Shown here piece after piece: positions 1-12,619 of a DNA stretch of 64,000 nt (position 1 is the first letter of the stretch; each line of letters opens with the position of its first letter). The stretch is from Octopus vulgaris (taxonomy: Eukaryota), in assembly GCA_951406725.2 (NCBI GenBank), contig OX597816.1:65162001-65226000 (forward strand), given 5' to 3'. The notes beneath the pieces were generated by a model, which was given only the letters and a program-made list of their open reading frames with translations, was not told where the DNA came from and did no database searches. A program made the position numbers and the translations under genes.

Positions 1-69
1 CATATGTAGCCCGGATTTTTCCTACTCCATTCCATAACTCTTGTACATATATATATATATGTATGTATG

Positions 70-126
<57 letters not shown>

Positions 127-281
127 TGAGGTTATGAGAGATAATGGTGCGAAGAAGACACAGACGTGTCAGGTAATGCTGAGTAAATGGTATGGACAGA
201 CTATAGTTAAGCTCCAGGTTCGGTGATTATGCGAATGTGGAGTCCAACGTAGGTCATATATCAGCATGCTTATATATTGAA

Positions 282-364
282 AAATTATCAGAATGGGATA
301 AAAATCCAATCTAAGGCTGTAAAAGATTTCAGAGCCTTGGATTTTTATCTCATTCTGTTAATTT
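282..364. repeat. ~83-bp near-perfect palindrome (hairpin/mini foldback) next to (TA)n
   Basis: AAATTATCAGAATGGGATAAAAATCCAA ... TTGGATTTTTATCTCATTCTGTTAATTT are reverse complements (2 mismatches), with an inner AAGGCT/AGCCTT stem. Confidence 0.8.
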
Positions 365-383
365 ATATATATATATATTTATG

Positions 384-449
<66 letters not shown>

Positions 450-461
450 GATGGATGGATG

Positions 462-494
<33 letters not shown>

Positions 495-794
495 ATATGT
501 ATGTACGTACGTACGTATGTATTTATGTATCTATAATTAAATAATAAGGGTAAAAAATTGAATATTAATTTGATTCATATTGGATTACCACTTAGTGGTC
601 ATCCCTCTTATATGTATATATATATATATACATGCATACACACAAACGCGCGCGCATATATGCACATACATATGTACATCTATATATGTAAGTATACATG
701 CATGAATATTTCTATATATGCGTGTATGTAAATGTGCGTGCATGTGCATGTGTGTGTGTTTGTGTGTGTGTGTGTGTTTGTGTGTGTGTGCATG

Positions 795-1000
795 TGTGTG
801 TGTGTTTGCATGTGTGGCAAGGTGTGTAGCATTGTGGTTAAGGCGTTACACTTACGATTGCAAGATTCCCACACCGGAGGTGTGCTATGTTCTTCAGTAA
901 AAACACTCCATTTCACATTGGTCTAATCTACTGAATTATAAATGGGTAACCCTGCGACGCAGTCGCTTTCTGTTCAGAGGGAAGGTTGACCTGTTCGCCA
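795..1000 (+). mobile_element. Degenerate tRNA-derived SINE
   Basis: A-box-like TGTGGTTAAGGCG, then the ...GTTCTTCAGTAAAAACACT... core and GGGTAACCCTGCGA, as in the copies at 3215 and 56642. Confidence 0.55.
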
Positions 1001-1091
1001 ACCCAATGCTACAACAATGCGAGGAAGCACATTGTAACCAGTGGTGTATAGCAACAACCGATAGTCTGACATATACATATGTATATGTATG

Positions 1092-1425
1092 TGAAGGAGC
1101 ATGGTTCAGTGGTTAGAGCGTCGAGCTTACGATTGTGATGTTGTGAGCGCGAACCCCGAACCGTGCTGCGTGTTGTGTTCTTGAGCAAGACATTTTATTT
1201 CACTTTGCTCCAGTTCACTCAGCTGTAGAAATAAGTTGCGACGTCACAGGTGCCAAGCTGTATCGGCCTTTGCCTTTCCCTTGGATAACACTGGTAGCAT
1301 GGAGAGGGGACGACAGTATGCATGGACGACTGCTAGTCTTCCATAAACAACCTTGCCCGGACTTGTGTCTGGGAAGGTAACTTTCTAGGTTCAATACCAC
1401 GGTCAGTCATGACCGAAGATGCTCT
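1092..1425 (+). mobile_element. tRNA-derived SINE (CORE-like central domain)
   Basis: tRNA-like head GGAGCATGGTTCAGTGGTTAGAGCG, CORE-like GTGTTCTTGAGCAAGACA, and a 3' part shared with 41160-41352. Confidence 0.85.
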
Positions 1426-1489
1426 CAGATGTATGTGTGTATAGTTTTCCAAAATATCCACAACTTTTCAATGGTTTTACCATCAAACA

Positions 1490-3110
1490 ATGATGGTATA
1501 TGCAAATCATTGCTTATTCTGCCCAGCATAGAAGCAAGAAAGAGGAAGACATCCCTAGTAGGCTTAAAAAAACAGAAAGGGGCCTAATTTTAAAAAACAT
1601 GGCATCAATGTTGCAATCGCAGTCTTCGGTGTGATTTATTGATTATTTGTAACGTCCTAATTCCTTGTGAAAGACTAAGATAAATTGCATCACATCTATT
1701 AATCATCAGTCCTCATCTTATAAACACATTTTATCTAGGGAATGGTAACTGATGTTTATAAAATGAGTTTCTCCTTGCTGAAAATAGGCACTCACAGAAG
1801 GCGGATTTCACTGCAGAATGGTTGGACTCCTCTTAAATGGAGATAAGAAATGGTCGAATTTTTCTTTCTTTTTTGTTTTTATTTTTGTTAGGTTTGTTGC
1901 CCTTGATGGATATTTAAGCATTTGAACCAGCCTCTTCATAAGTTAAAGGATAAGCGTTCCAGTTTGATCCGATACACTCTGAGGAAATAGAGATGTTCAT
2001 ACATCTAACGAAAATTCCCGAAATTGAAATTACTCACTAACACTGATTTACGTATACAGGTGTTCCAATTTCCATAGTTTACATAGTTTACATATGTTGC
2101 AAACATCCATTAAGAACAGAATTTGGTTATCCATTCTGACTTTTGGATATGAAACTGGAATCTCTAAAATACACGAAGCTGGAGATGATGATTCAGAATT
2201 CAAACAAGCGGGACACACCTTTATGCAATTACAGTGTAGTTTTTGAGCTCAATTGACATTCTATACCACCATAAAAGCTTGCTAGGTGACGAAAGCAATA
2301 GCTCGGATTAGGGGTCTAGCGAAAGGGGACATTGTCCTTACTTATGTTAATATCCTTTTTGCGAATATTTTTGTGGTGATTGTTTGCATCGCTTTTATTG
2401 TTATCCTTGTAGAGGCTTCGAGGGCAGTGTTCATCACCGCCACAAGAAATACATACGTAAAGTTTCGTCCACCACAAGTATGAAATACCCAACTCCCAAC
2501 CTTTTGTCTGCGAATAAACGATCAGACCAGACACAGAGTACATAGTAATTTATTCTTCTGCTGCTACTATACTTTCAAAGCTGCCAAGAAAGAACAACGA
2601 AAAAGCAGAAGAAAGCTTCTATTATGGCAATGTCAAATCAAAGGTTCAACTCTACTGAAATTCATAAATGTTAAATCTTCATAAATATGTAACTTCAATG
2701 AAATGGTAATAGATTCTAATTTTCCAATACACCGCAGTGTCGTTTGCTTTTCCAATAACATTAAGTAAGCAAGCAAATTACTCCTCTTATCACATGATTT
2801 TTGTATGATGTAAGTGCTGAGTTTACGTACAGCCAAATGTATTTAGTTATAACCATAATATATGACTGTCTTTTTTTTCCATTTATTTTTCGTATTTCTT
2901 CGCATAATTATTTTAGATGTAGTATTCTTGCTCCCTTTGACGTGTGCTTTATCGCTTTCAATTATTAGAATATCATATTCAGGTCCAAATATATGCGTAT
3001 ATACACAGCACATCCAAATGACAGTCGAAAGTTTCAACACAATATGAGATTTTCCAGGTTGCTGTTACGCATGACTGTACTTTCGTTGCTCTTATCATTA
3101 ATGTTGTCTA
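1490..3110 (-). pseudogene. Decayed iGluR/IR-like gene, copy 1: pre-M1/M1, M2, M3, S2 and probable M4
   Basis: QQPGKSHIVLKLSTVIWMC (3064-3008) vs AMPA-R SKPGVFSFLDPLAYEIWMC. STYIIQKSCD (ORF 2633-2836) vs LGAFMQQGCD. NFTYVFLVAVMN...MSPFARPLIRAIAFV (~2465-2288) vs YAFLMES...GSPxRxxxxxAILxL. Hydrophobic M4-like run at ~1510-1600. Many stops and frameshifts. Confidence 0.65.
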
Positions 3111-3214
3111 TTATTATCACGTTTGTTTCCATTAACATTTGTATTTTCTTATTTTTGTATTGTTATTCTTGTACGTTTGTTGTTGCTTAACTTCGGATTT
3201 ACACTATGGCATTT

Positions 3215-3460
3215 CGGAGGCGCGTGACTTAATGGTTAGGGGTGTTGAACTCATGGTTGTCAGATTGTGGTTTCGATTCCTGGACCGGGTGACACGTTGT
3301 TGAGGAGAAACACTCTGTTTCACACTGATCCAGTCCACTCAGCTGGCAAAAATAAGTAATCCCGTGACGGACCGGCGTCCCGTCCGGGTGGAGAATATAT
3401 ACGCAATAGAAACCGGAAATATATACGCCATGGAAACCATAACGAGTCTATGTGATTCGG
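3215..3460 (+). mobile_element. tRNA-derived SINE
   Basis: A/B boxes (TAATGGTTAGG...GTTTCGATTCC) and CCCGTGACGGACCGGCGTCCCGTCC; same family as 56642-56903. Confidence 0.85.
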
Positions 3461-3530
3461 GAATCATATAAACTCATTTATAAACTCCGATCATCAACAT
3501 CGTTTCGGCCGTGGCCATCCAGTGTTACTT

Positions 3531-3945
3531 TCAGAGCTGGAAGAAACGTTAGCATGCCGGGCGAAATGCGTTGCGGTATTTCGTCTGCCGCTACGTTCTG
3601 AGTTCAAATTCCGCTGAGGTCGATTTTGCCTTTCATCCTTTCGCGGTCGATTAAATTAAGTACCAGTTACGCACAGGGGTCGATATAATCGACTTAATCC
3701 GTTTGTCTGTCCTTGTTTGTCTTCTCTGTGTTTAGCCCCTTGTGGGTAGTAAAGAAATAGGTATTTCGTCTGCCGCTACGTTGTAAGTTCAAATTCCGCC
3801 GAGGTCGACTTTGCCTTTCATCCTTTCGGGGTCGATAAATTAAGAACCAGTTACGCACTGAGATCGATGTTATTCGACTTAATCACTTTGTCTGTCCTTG
3901 TTTATCCCCTCCGTGTTTAGCCCCTTGTGGACAATAAAGAAATAA
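3531..3945 (+). mobile_element. SINE (GGCGGCGAGCTGGCAGAAACGTTAGC family), dimeric form with duplicated 3' half
   Basis: B-box GAGTTCAAATTCC; the body TATTTCGTCTGCCGCTACG...AAAGAAATA occurs twice; homologous to 12740-13092, 19592-19822 and 32644-33057. Confidence 0.9.
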
Positions 3946-4551
3946 GAATTACATTCCATAACGTGTTTGGCTTTCTTTTAGACAGTACGATGTTACCTGA
4001 ACAAGAGTTGATTACCATTTTTAATTGATGAAGTGACCACGTAAAAGCTTCCATCATTGATTTAGTTATTTTGTTGAGAGTCTTGACCAGCTGTTGACTA
4101 GCTGTTTGTTTTTTTACATCTATATCGCTTTCTGTTCTGAGTTCAAATACTGACGTGGTCGGCTTTGCGTTTCACTTCTCGGTCACTGGAATAAGTAGCA
4201 GTCAAGTATTGGTGTCGGTCTAATTCACTGTACGTTTCCTAAAAATATTTGATTTAAAAAAAACGGAACTTGAGAGCGTCTATCTGAACATCAAAAGGCA
4301 ATTTGTTTGTTACACAAATGACTCTGCCAAACCATCGCCTTTTCTTTAATACTAGGAGCACGAACATTTTTTACTTCCTACAAGGACCGTAGCGGCCATT
4401 TTTGATCAACATTAAAATATTTAATACAATTTCTTTTAAATATAAGCTAACTCAGTAAATAAAGGATTTCAAAATACAGTCTTTAAATAAAGGATTTCAA
4501 AATACAGTCTTTATTACGTACAATATACAGCATTTATTTACGTACAATATA

Positions 4552-4595
<44 letters not shown>

Positions 4596-4596
<1 letters not shown>

Positions 4597-4812
4597 ATAT
4601 GTTTGTGTGTCTGTGTTTGTCCCCCCAACATCGCTTGACAACCGATGCTGGTGTGTTTACGTCCCCGTAACTTAGCGGTTCAGCAAAAGAGACCGATAGA
4701 ATAAGTACTAGGCTTGCACAGAAAGAGTTCTGGGGTCGATTTGCTCGACTAAAGGCGGTGCTCTAGCATGGCCACAGTTAAATGACGAAAGCAAGTAAAA
4801 GAATAAAAGAGT
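4596..4812 (+). mobile_element. SINE 3' half (family with full copy at 18905-19315)
   Basis: CATCGCTTGACAACCGATGCTGGTGTGTTTACG...AAGTAAAAGA tail. Confidence 0.85.
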
Positions 4813-5079
4813 ATGCTTCAACATAAGTCCATCCTGGGAAGACGATAACGATCCTTTAAATGCTAAATGTAAAATGCTAAAACAGTGCAGGAAAAGGAAA
4901 AGTATAATCGATTCAATATCGATCCCAGTTCATGACTTGCGCGTATTAACTCGAACCCGTTGGGATAAAATGTAAAGTAAACTGAAGTGGGATTTGAGAT
5001 TCTCAAATTTGATCATTTGAGAAGATCAAATCGGGTACATTGAGGAGATAAAATCTAATCCCTTGAGATCAAATATTAT

Positions 5080-5115
5080 ATATGAGTGTCTGTGTGCGTG
5101 CGAAGGCTTGTGTGC

Positions 5116-5169
<54 letters not shown>

Positions 5170-5252
5170 ATGTATATGTATGCAAATATGTATGTATGTT
5201 TATATGTATACGGGTGTGTGTATGTCTGTGTGAGCATGCGAGTACTTGTGTG

Positions 5253-5336
<84 letters not shown>

Positions 5337-5479
5337 CATACATACATACATACATATATGTATATGTATATGTATGTAAGTATGTATGTATATTTGTATG
5401 AATGAATGTATGCATATATGTTTATATGTATACAAGTATGTGTATGTGTGTGTGTGTGTTTATGTGTGCATGTGCTCGC

Positions 5480-5537
<58 letters not shown>

Positions 5538-5645
5538 ATGTATGTATGTTTATATGAATGTATGTATATATGTATATATGTATACGAGTGTGTGTATCTG
5601 AATGGGTGCATGTGTGTACATGTGCGTGCCAGTGTGCATATATAT

Positions 5646-5693
<48 letters not shown>

Positions 5694-5751
5694 CAGGTGG
5701 TGCTATTAAGTTAGACATGGCCGAAACCTATCAAAGTATCAAAGTATCAAA

Positions 5752-5799
<48 letters not shown>

Positions 5800-6026
5800 A
5801 CGAGTGTGTGTACATGTGCGTGCCAGTGTGCATATATATATATATATATATATGTATATTTGTATAAGTGAATGTATGTCTGATTATATGAAGGTATGTA
5901 TATATATGTGCGCGAGTGTGTGATTATGTGTGCGTGTGTGTCCGTGCGTGTGCATATGCATAAATGTAATCGACGTGCGTGTACATATTTATAATTGTAA
6001 TTGATTTATATTTGTATATATGAATG

Positions 6027-6069
<43 letters not shown>

Positions 6070-6110
6070 GTATGTGTATGTGTGTTTGCGTGTGTGCGTG
6101 CGCGCGTGTG
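5080..6110. repeat. Compound microsatellite field (TA, TG, TAGA, TACA)
   Basis: Directly visible; it explains the overlapping YI/CV/HT ORFs. Confidence 0.95.
5692..5752 (+). mobile_element. Extreme 3' fragment of the CR1-group LINE family, within (TA)n
   Basis: CAGGTGGTGCTATTAAGTTAGACATGGCC is identical to 7494-7522; tail (TATCAAAG)3. Confidence 0.8.
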
Positions 6111-6327
6111 ACCGAAATACCCGAAGAAGTGTATTATATAAAATATTTTCTACTTTCCTTCTTTCATGCAACGTTGTAATGTACAAACTGGGAATTCTAG
6201 AAATATTAGAATTAAAAGTAAACTCAGTGCTAACCATGTATATTAACCAGATCTAGTATCAAGAAGAGCGAGGTTATTTGCCTTCAATAAACAAATACCA
6301 TGCCAGTGATATACATACATACAGACA

Positions 6328-6387
<60 letters not shown>

Positions 6388-6392
<5 letters not shown>

Positions 6393-7566
6393 TGGCAAAT
6401 GTTGGAATCCGTAGAAAAGTTCTACACTGGATTAAGTATTTCCTGGCGAAAAGAACACAACATGTTGTAGTTGATGGAGTCCACTCAAACCCAGCAAAAG
6501 TCACCAGCGGTGTTCCCCAGGGAACTGTTTTGGGTCCGCTACTCTTCATAATTTACGTAAACGACCTTTCCAGTGTCGTACATTACTGCAAAGTGAAAAT
6601 ATTTGCTGATGACACTAAGCTCCAGCAAATCGTCAATGAAGAAGCAGACCGAACTCAACTCCAGTCTGATCTATATGCTGTGAGTCAATGGGCAGACAGA
6701 AACAAAATGCAACTGAATGAGGGAAAATTTGAGCTGATACACTTTGGAAGAAATTCCTCACTAAAACAACCATACTCTCTTCCTTCAGGGGAACCGCTCA
6801 CAGCCTCTAACAATATCAGAGACCTGGGTGTAATTGTTGATGACGATCTCAGTTGGAATGCACACATCAACAAGAAGGTCGATATAGCTCGTAGGATGAG
6901 TTCCTGGATCTTAAGAACTTTCCGGTCCAAAGAACAAGGTGTCATCATACCACTTTTTTCCTCCTTTGTACGGCCACACCTTGAATACTGTTGCCCACTG
7001 TGGTCTCCTCACACAAGACAAAACATCTCCAGAATTGAGTCACCCCAGAGGGCACTCACTAAACAAATTGAAGGCATGGCTGCTCTCGATTATTGGGATC
7101 GCCTTAAAGCCTTGAAACTTTACTCCCTCCAGCGTCGCCGTGAGCGGTACATCATTTGTACGATGTGGAAAATATACCGCCAACTTTGCCCAAACGACCT
7201 AAACATTAGCTTCAAGGCCCATCCAAGACTTGGACCACGGGCTATACGTCCCCTGCCCAATTCAAGATCACAACATACATGTACACTGCAACATAATTTC
7301 TTTTCCTCAACAAGCCCTGCCCTATTTAACATTGTCCCGAGGGAGATCAAAGAGGAAAAGGATAAGCCACCCATAATTGGATACAACTCACCCAACAAGA
7401 ACTCACTACTTGAACAAAACTGGATACAACTCACCCAACAAGAACTCACTACTTGAACAAAACTTGACTTAAACAGGATTCGAATAATCCTATCAGGTGG
7501 TGCTATTAAGTTAGACATGGCCTGGACCAATCTTTGGTCGAAACATATCTAAGTTTTATCTAAGTT
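6388..7566 (+). mobile_element. 5'-truncated CR1-group non-LTR retrotransposon (RT C-terminal part + 3'UTR)
   Basis: ORF 6392-7456: SGVPQGTVLGPLLF, FADDTKL, RDLGV, VRPHLEYC, LYSLQRRRER. 43-bp tandem duplication at 7378-7463; tail (TATCTAAGTTT)2; (TA)n on both flanks. Confidence 0.93.
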
Positions 7567-7591
7567 TATATATATATATATATATATATAC

Positions 7592-7790
7592 AGTTAAACT
7601 ACACATGAACAAAGAGAAAACACAACAACGCGAGGACGTGGAACAAGTATAGTGTTATTGGCCGCTCAGGAAAGTAAAGAAAGGAGGATTTAACGTTTCG
7701 AGCGGCGCTCTTCGTCAGAACTAAAGAAAGGTTCAAGGAAGGGAAGACGGAGAAAGAAAATCGCCAACGATATACACACGGTCTCATTAT
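7592..7790 (-). mobile_element. Penelope-like element terminal (pseudo-LTR) fragment
   Basis: Carries a minimal hammerhead motif, lies between (TA)n tracts, and has a related copy at 34540-34700. Confidence 0.65.
7685..7724 (-). ncRNA. Minimal type-I hammerhead ribozyme motif
   Basis: Minus strand agtt-CUGACGA-A-GAGC(gcc)GCUC-GAAA-CG-UUA-aau: complete core, 4-bp stem II, palindromic AACGUU in place of stem III, weak stem I. Confidence 0.7.
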
Positions 7791-7819
7791 AGATATATAT
7801 GTATATGTATATATATACT

Positions 7820-8152
7820 CTTTTACTCTTTTACTTGTTTCAGTCATTTGACTGCGGCGATGCTTAAGCACTGCCTTTGGTCGAGGCAATCGACCACAGG
7901 ACTTATTCTTTGTAAGCCTAGTACTTGTTCTATCGCTAGTTACGGGAATGTAAGGACACCAGCATCGGTTGTCAAGTGATATTGGGGGGGGGGGGGGAAC
8001 AAACACAGACACACAAAAACACACATATATATATATATATACATTTACATATACATATATACGACGGGCTTCTTTCAGTTTCCGTCTATCAAATCCACAC
8101 TCACAAGGCTTTGATCAGCCCGAGGCTATAGTAGAAGACACTTGTCCAAGGT
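7820..8152 (-). mobile_element. SINE (18905 family), 5' truncated
   Basis: Reverse complement of the 18905-19315 body and AAGTAAAAGAGT tail. Confidence 0.88.
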
Positions 8153-8215
8153 GTGTGTATTTGCACGTGTGTATGTATAAGCTTGTGTGCACGTATGTGT
8201 ATTCGTGTGTGCATG

Positions 8216-8292
<77 letters not shown>

Positions 8293-8334
8293 ATAGATAT
8301 ATAGACAGACAGACAGACAGACAGACAGATAGAC

Positions 8335-8401
<67 letters not shown>

Positions 8402-8599
8402 GATTTGGAAGACTACCAATTTATTTATGCATAGAATGAAATTATGTAATGAAAAGTAAACTATAGTGAACGTTAATTCCAAATAGACCATAGAAAGTAT
8501 TTTTGTCTATGCTATAAACGATCATTTCTAAACATTCATTCTGACATAATATTAATAATTTTTTACTTTAAAAAATTACAGAGTAAATTTAAATGTTAA

Positions 8600-8872
8600 C
8601 TGTGATATACAGAAAAGGTGACTGAGAACTGTCCCTTCAATTTTGAACTCCACATATTCTCTTTCTTTTAAAGACCAGATAAATTCTGAGAGGCCCATGT
8701 TGTATGAGATTAAATCACCATCGTTGATGATATCGTTGTGATCGTTGCTTAATCCAAGTCTCTCCCATTCAAGCAAAACTATAAATAAAGGCATTCCACT
8801 TATAACATCTTTTTAAGTATGGGATCTATCTTTATACAATGTTTTCCCCATAATTTTTCTTGAAATGGGGTA
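8600..8872 (-). pseudogene. iGluR-like copy 1: S1 ligand-binding lobe remnant
   Basis: FIVLLEWERLG...NDGDLISYNMGLSEFIWSLKEREYVEF vs Y.I.LV.DGKYG...WNGMVGELI...ADLA...TITxEREEVIDF. Confidence 0.5.
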
Positions 8873-9713
8873 GCGGTGATTTGATGACGATTCGGATGCT
8901 GTCTCGATTAGATCGAGTGATTACGCAGTGGCTACCACGTCAGCCCTAGTAAGAGCAGTTTATTTTATGACTGTAAACGAAATTAGAGAATGGAATGGAG
9001 CAGAAGGTAAACACAACGCAAGAAGGCAAAGTAAGAGAATATAAGTGGTGAGAGTAAGGAGGTTGGAATAGACGGCTTTCAAAACTTCTATGGTCTTAAA
9101 TTTTCTTTCCCGTGACCTTCATCCAACAATGTAGCTGTGAAATGAGAAAGTCGTACGGAATGGGATTGGAAAGGAGAAAGAAACAATCTACCTCGTAAAT
9201 AAATGTTTGTGCTCTTTTAAGTGCAAATCATGGAAAAGAAGATCATTTAACGAGGAAAATTGAAATTTTATTCATTCTATACATATACTGCTATAAAAGA
9301 AAACATCAATTTGACAGCTAGAGAGAGAAAGATATATTTTTGACAAGTACATAGAAGGAAAGGGAAAAACATACTATGGTATTAAAATTCAGATTTTATT
9401 TGTAGTTTCGCTCACAAACTACAAAAGCATGTATACTTATCTCCCTTGGTGCTTCAGCAATTCAAATGGCTCTCAAGCAATAAGAATGTGTGCTTAATGG
9501 CAGGAAAATAATAGCTGATGGCAAAATAAATCGATAAAAATATATGCACCTAAGTTGAAAAATAGCAAGTAAATAAATCAGTATAAATAAGAGAAAACTG
9601 TCATAGGATTGGTTCGAAGATGTGCATACGAATATAAACTATGCATTTAATTATAAAGTGCCTGATTGAAAATAGGTAAACAGCTAGATCAATCGATCAA
9701 TAAATAACTATCC

Positions 9714-9783
<70 letters not shown>

Positions 9784-10004
9784 GCATATATATATGCATA
9801 TATATTCACACGCGTATGCATACATACATACACAAATATACATACATATATTATGTGAAATTGCTTCGAAGATTGGAATATTTTTATTGGTGTAATGAAA
9901 AAAATAGAAAGAGTGTAGAGATAAAGAAAGATGAATAAAGAATAATTGATAGCAGAATAAAATAAGAAATATCTTTAGAAGAAAATTTTCAACGAATGTC
10001 TTAC

Positions 10005-10612
10005 CATCAATGTTATATTAACGAGAAGTCTCTTCTGTGAAGAATTGGCTTTTGGCCAATAGTTATCTTCTGCTAACTCCACTGGTTTGAAGATTTCTTT
10101 ATTTGTTGAAAGATTGCCAAAGTGTCTATTTCCGTATTATATATTACAGTTCTATAGCTTGTTCTTCACGCTATATAGATTGATAGAAATAGTGATTTCT
10201 TTGAACTCGCTTCCATACTTCCATCACCAGAGAGTTAGCTACTTCTATTTCCTAAACAATCTAATTCTACTATTATGAATGTAGTTCTATAACATCGAAC
10301 AACCTAACAAAGAAGCGAATAAACAAAAACGCCGAACAAATCTATAGAATATGTAAATTCAATATCATCTCTTCTGTAATTTAGTGTTATATGGAATGAA
10401 TTGGTTTATTCTCTTAGCACTGAGATCATTAGGGCAAGATTATTGAGGTCTATCATGAAGTGTTTCAAGATGTTTTTAGAATTCTTCAAAAGCGTTAAAA
10501 TTGAGTTTCCCAAAATGACAACCATGTCATGTCCAGTGAAAAGTGAGAAAAACATACTGGTGCCAGTTGATGCATCCAACACTAATAATTGCTCTGAGTG
10601 TAGTTTCAGATT
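10005..10612 (-). pseudogene. iGluR-like copy 1: ATD remnants and ATD/S1 junction exon
   Basis: TLRAIISVGCINWHQYVFL (cf. ALLSLIEYYQWDKFAYL); LTLLKNSKNILKHFMIDL...SVLRE (cf. PLLKEMK..HVIFDC...ILKQ); WPKANSSQKRLLVNITLM followed by a GTAAGA donor at 10004, at the position equivalent to the AMPA-R intron after TVVVTTIL. Confidence 0.6.
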
Positions 10613-11429
10613 ATATTGTATTATATTATTAAATTATTATATTACATTATATTATGTAATTTATCTTATCTGTCCAAATTATTACTAAGAGATTTAACTG
10701 ACAAAAGTTGATAAATTTCCCACCTGTTTGGCAAAAATTCCACTGTTCGTATTCTAGTGTGCTACATATCTAGCATAGTATATACTGTATTGTTAAAATA
10801 GATAACCTGGAAAGATATGGCTTTAAAGATTCGCTACTATTATTTTTGATAACATTGAAAGGTGCCTTTGAACGGAATTTCAGTCGCTGTTGTTGTTGAT
10901 CGTGAATGCTTATAAACAAATATAAAAGACGGGCTGTGACCAACCTGTCTATTATTTTTTATATCTACTGCTACATTGTTTCCAGCGTGCTTAGCTTTTT
11001 TTAAGAAGAGTCTGAGCTGAGGAAAATGCCACCTTTGTGTCTAGCCGCACGTGCGGTTACATAGGAAGAGCTTCACATTTCCTGATGTGATAAACAACTT
11101 TACTATTGGAATGTTGTGATATATCAACTATAAAACTCAAACTCTGAAAATCCACCATGTTATCTTTTACTCCTGTCATTGAAATGCAAAATGATCTCGT
11201 GAAATAATCTTACACATTAGTTACTCATTATGAAACGATAGAATATGGATAGATATAGTGACACTAAAATAAGGTAAATATATTTTATGATTGATTAGGT
11301 CTGGAGAAAAGTTTTCACTTGGTTACTGTATCCCTCTGAAGCCAACAAGATTTACTTTTTCGATGTTCTTCTTCAACAGGTACAAGTCGGCGATTGCTGG
11401 AAAAGAAAACCTGTGCAAAGAACATACAC

Positions 11430-11553
11430 CAGAGAGCCGATATAGAGAGAAGGAAGGGCTGAGCATAGTAGTTAGTGCTAAAACTGACAGAGTGACACAA
11501 TGTAGGTGGCCCGAGGAATAGAAAAGAATGAGTTAAGAGCCACTGGCAAAATT
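11430..11553 (-). pseudogene. iGluR-like copy 1: early ATD exon remnant
   Basis: ttttaag|FCQWLLTHSFLFLGPPTLCHSVSFSTNYYAQPFL...|gtatgt, resembling C..L..GV.AIFGP......V.S.C....IP.I. Confidence 0.5.
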
Positions 11554-11774
11554 CTTAAAATACCTAAATTTAATAATCACAGCTGCATGCGCTCATCCAT
11601 ACCGAACTGAGACTACAAAATACATGCGGTATATACAAACTTATGAACCACGAAAGGGCATTCCATGCCTCCGTATTCATCCTTTTTTCAATGTATGCAA
11701 TGTGCACAAGTGCCCAAACACATGCACACAGAAACGTACAATCACCTGAGAAATATAACTTTAATCTTGCATTT

Positions 11775-12035
11775 TTTTCTTTTAGTCATGTGACTGCGGC
11801 CATGCGGGGACACCCTCTTGAAATGTTTGGTTGGACAAATCTATTCCAGTACTTGCATTTTAAGTCTGGCACGTATACTAGTTCTTCTCCAAACCACTAA
11901 GATACACAACTGTAAACAAGCCAGCATTGGTTCTCAAGCGGTGATGAGGAACAAACACAACCACAAAGACATATATACACGCACACACACGCAGGCACAC
12001 AGACATGCACACGCACACGCACACACACGCTTACT

Positions 12036-12069
<34 letters not shown>

Positions 12070-12175
12070 CATGTATTATGTATGTATATGTATGCATATA
12101 ACGCATTGGTGGCTCCGGCCTATAGTAGAAGACCACTTATGAAAGGTGCCATGTAATGAGACTGACAATGAAACC
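11775..12175 (-). mobile_element. Degenerate SINE (18905 family)
   Basis: TAGTCATGTGACTGCGGCCATGC...GGCCTATAGTAGAAGAC. Confidence 0.7.
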
Positions 12176-12177
12176 AC

Positions 12178-12250
<73 letters not shown>

Positions 12251-12619
12251 TGTATGTATGTATGTATGTATGTATGTATCTGTAGCTGTTGTCTTCTACT
12301 TCTTCCAATCAGGACTCGCGCCATTAGCCACAAAGAATAATCTCTAATTCGAGCCTACTCTAAGCTACTAAGAATGTATGTGGCAACTTGAAGGTCTACC
12401 CACCACACGCGATAGACTAGCGGTTGCACGGGCGCGAAAGCTACGTTGTTATCCTCATTCCGTAAACGGTGGCTTTTTTCGGGTAGAGACCTGAACCAAC
12501 CTGGGGTACAGAAGATTCGCAATCTAGACTAGGGTCAGAAAGTTTATCATAACATAGTGGGTTACACCATAGTTCCTTTGCTTTGTGGCAGAAGTAGGAA
12601 TAATGAATGTGAGAAAGTT

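Noticed and set aside
1500-2780. Class A GPCR pseudogene (VIGKAND..., DRLFA)
   Set aside because: The same interval gives better and collinear matches to iGluR M1/M2/S2 motifs in other frames, and TM4-5 equivalents are missing.
8875-9200. Possible LINE endonuclease relic (similar stretch at 39850-40260)
   Set aside because: Only compositional hints; no clear motif.
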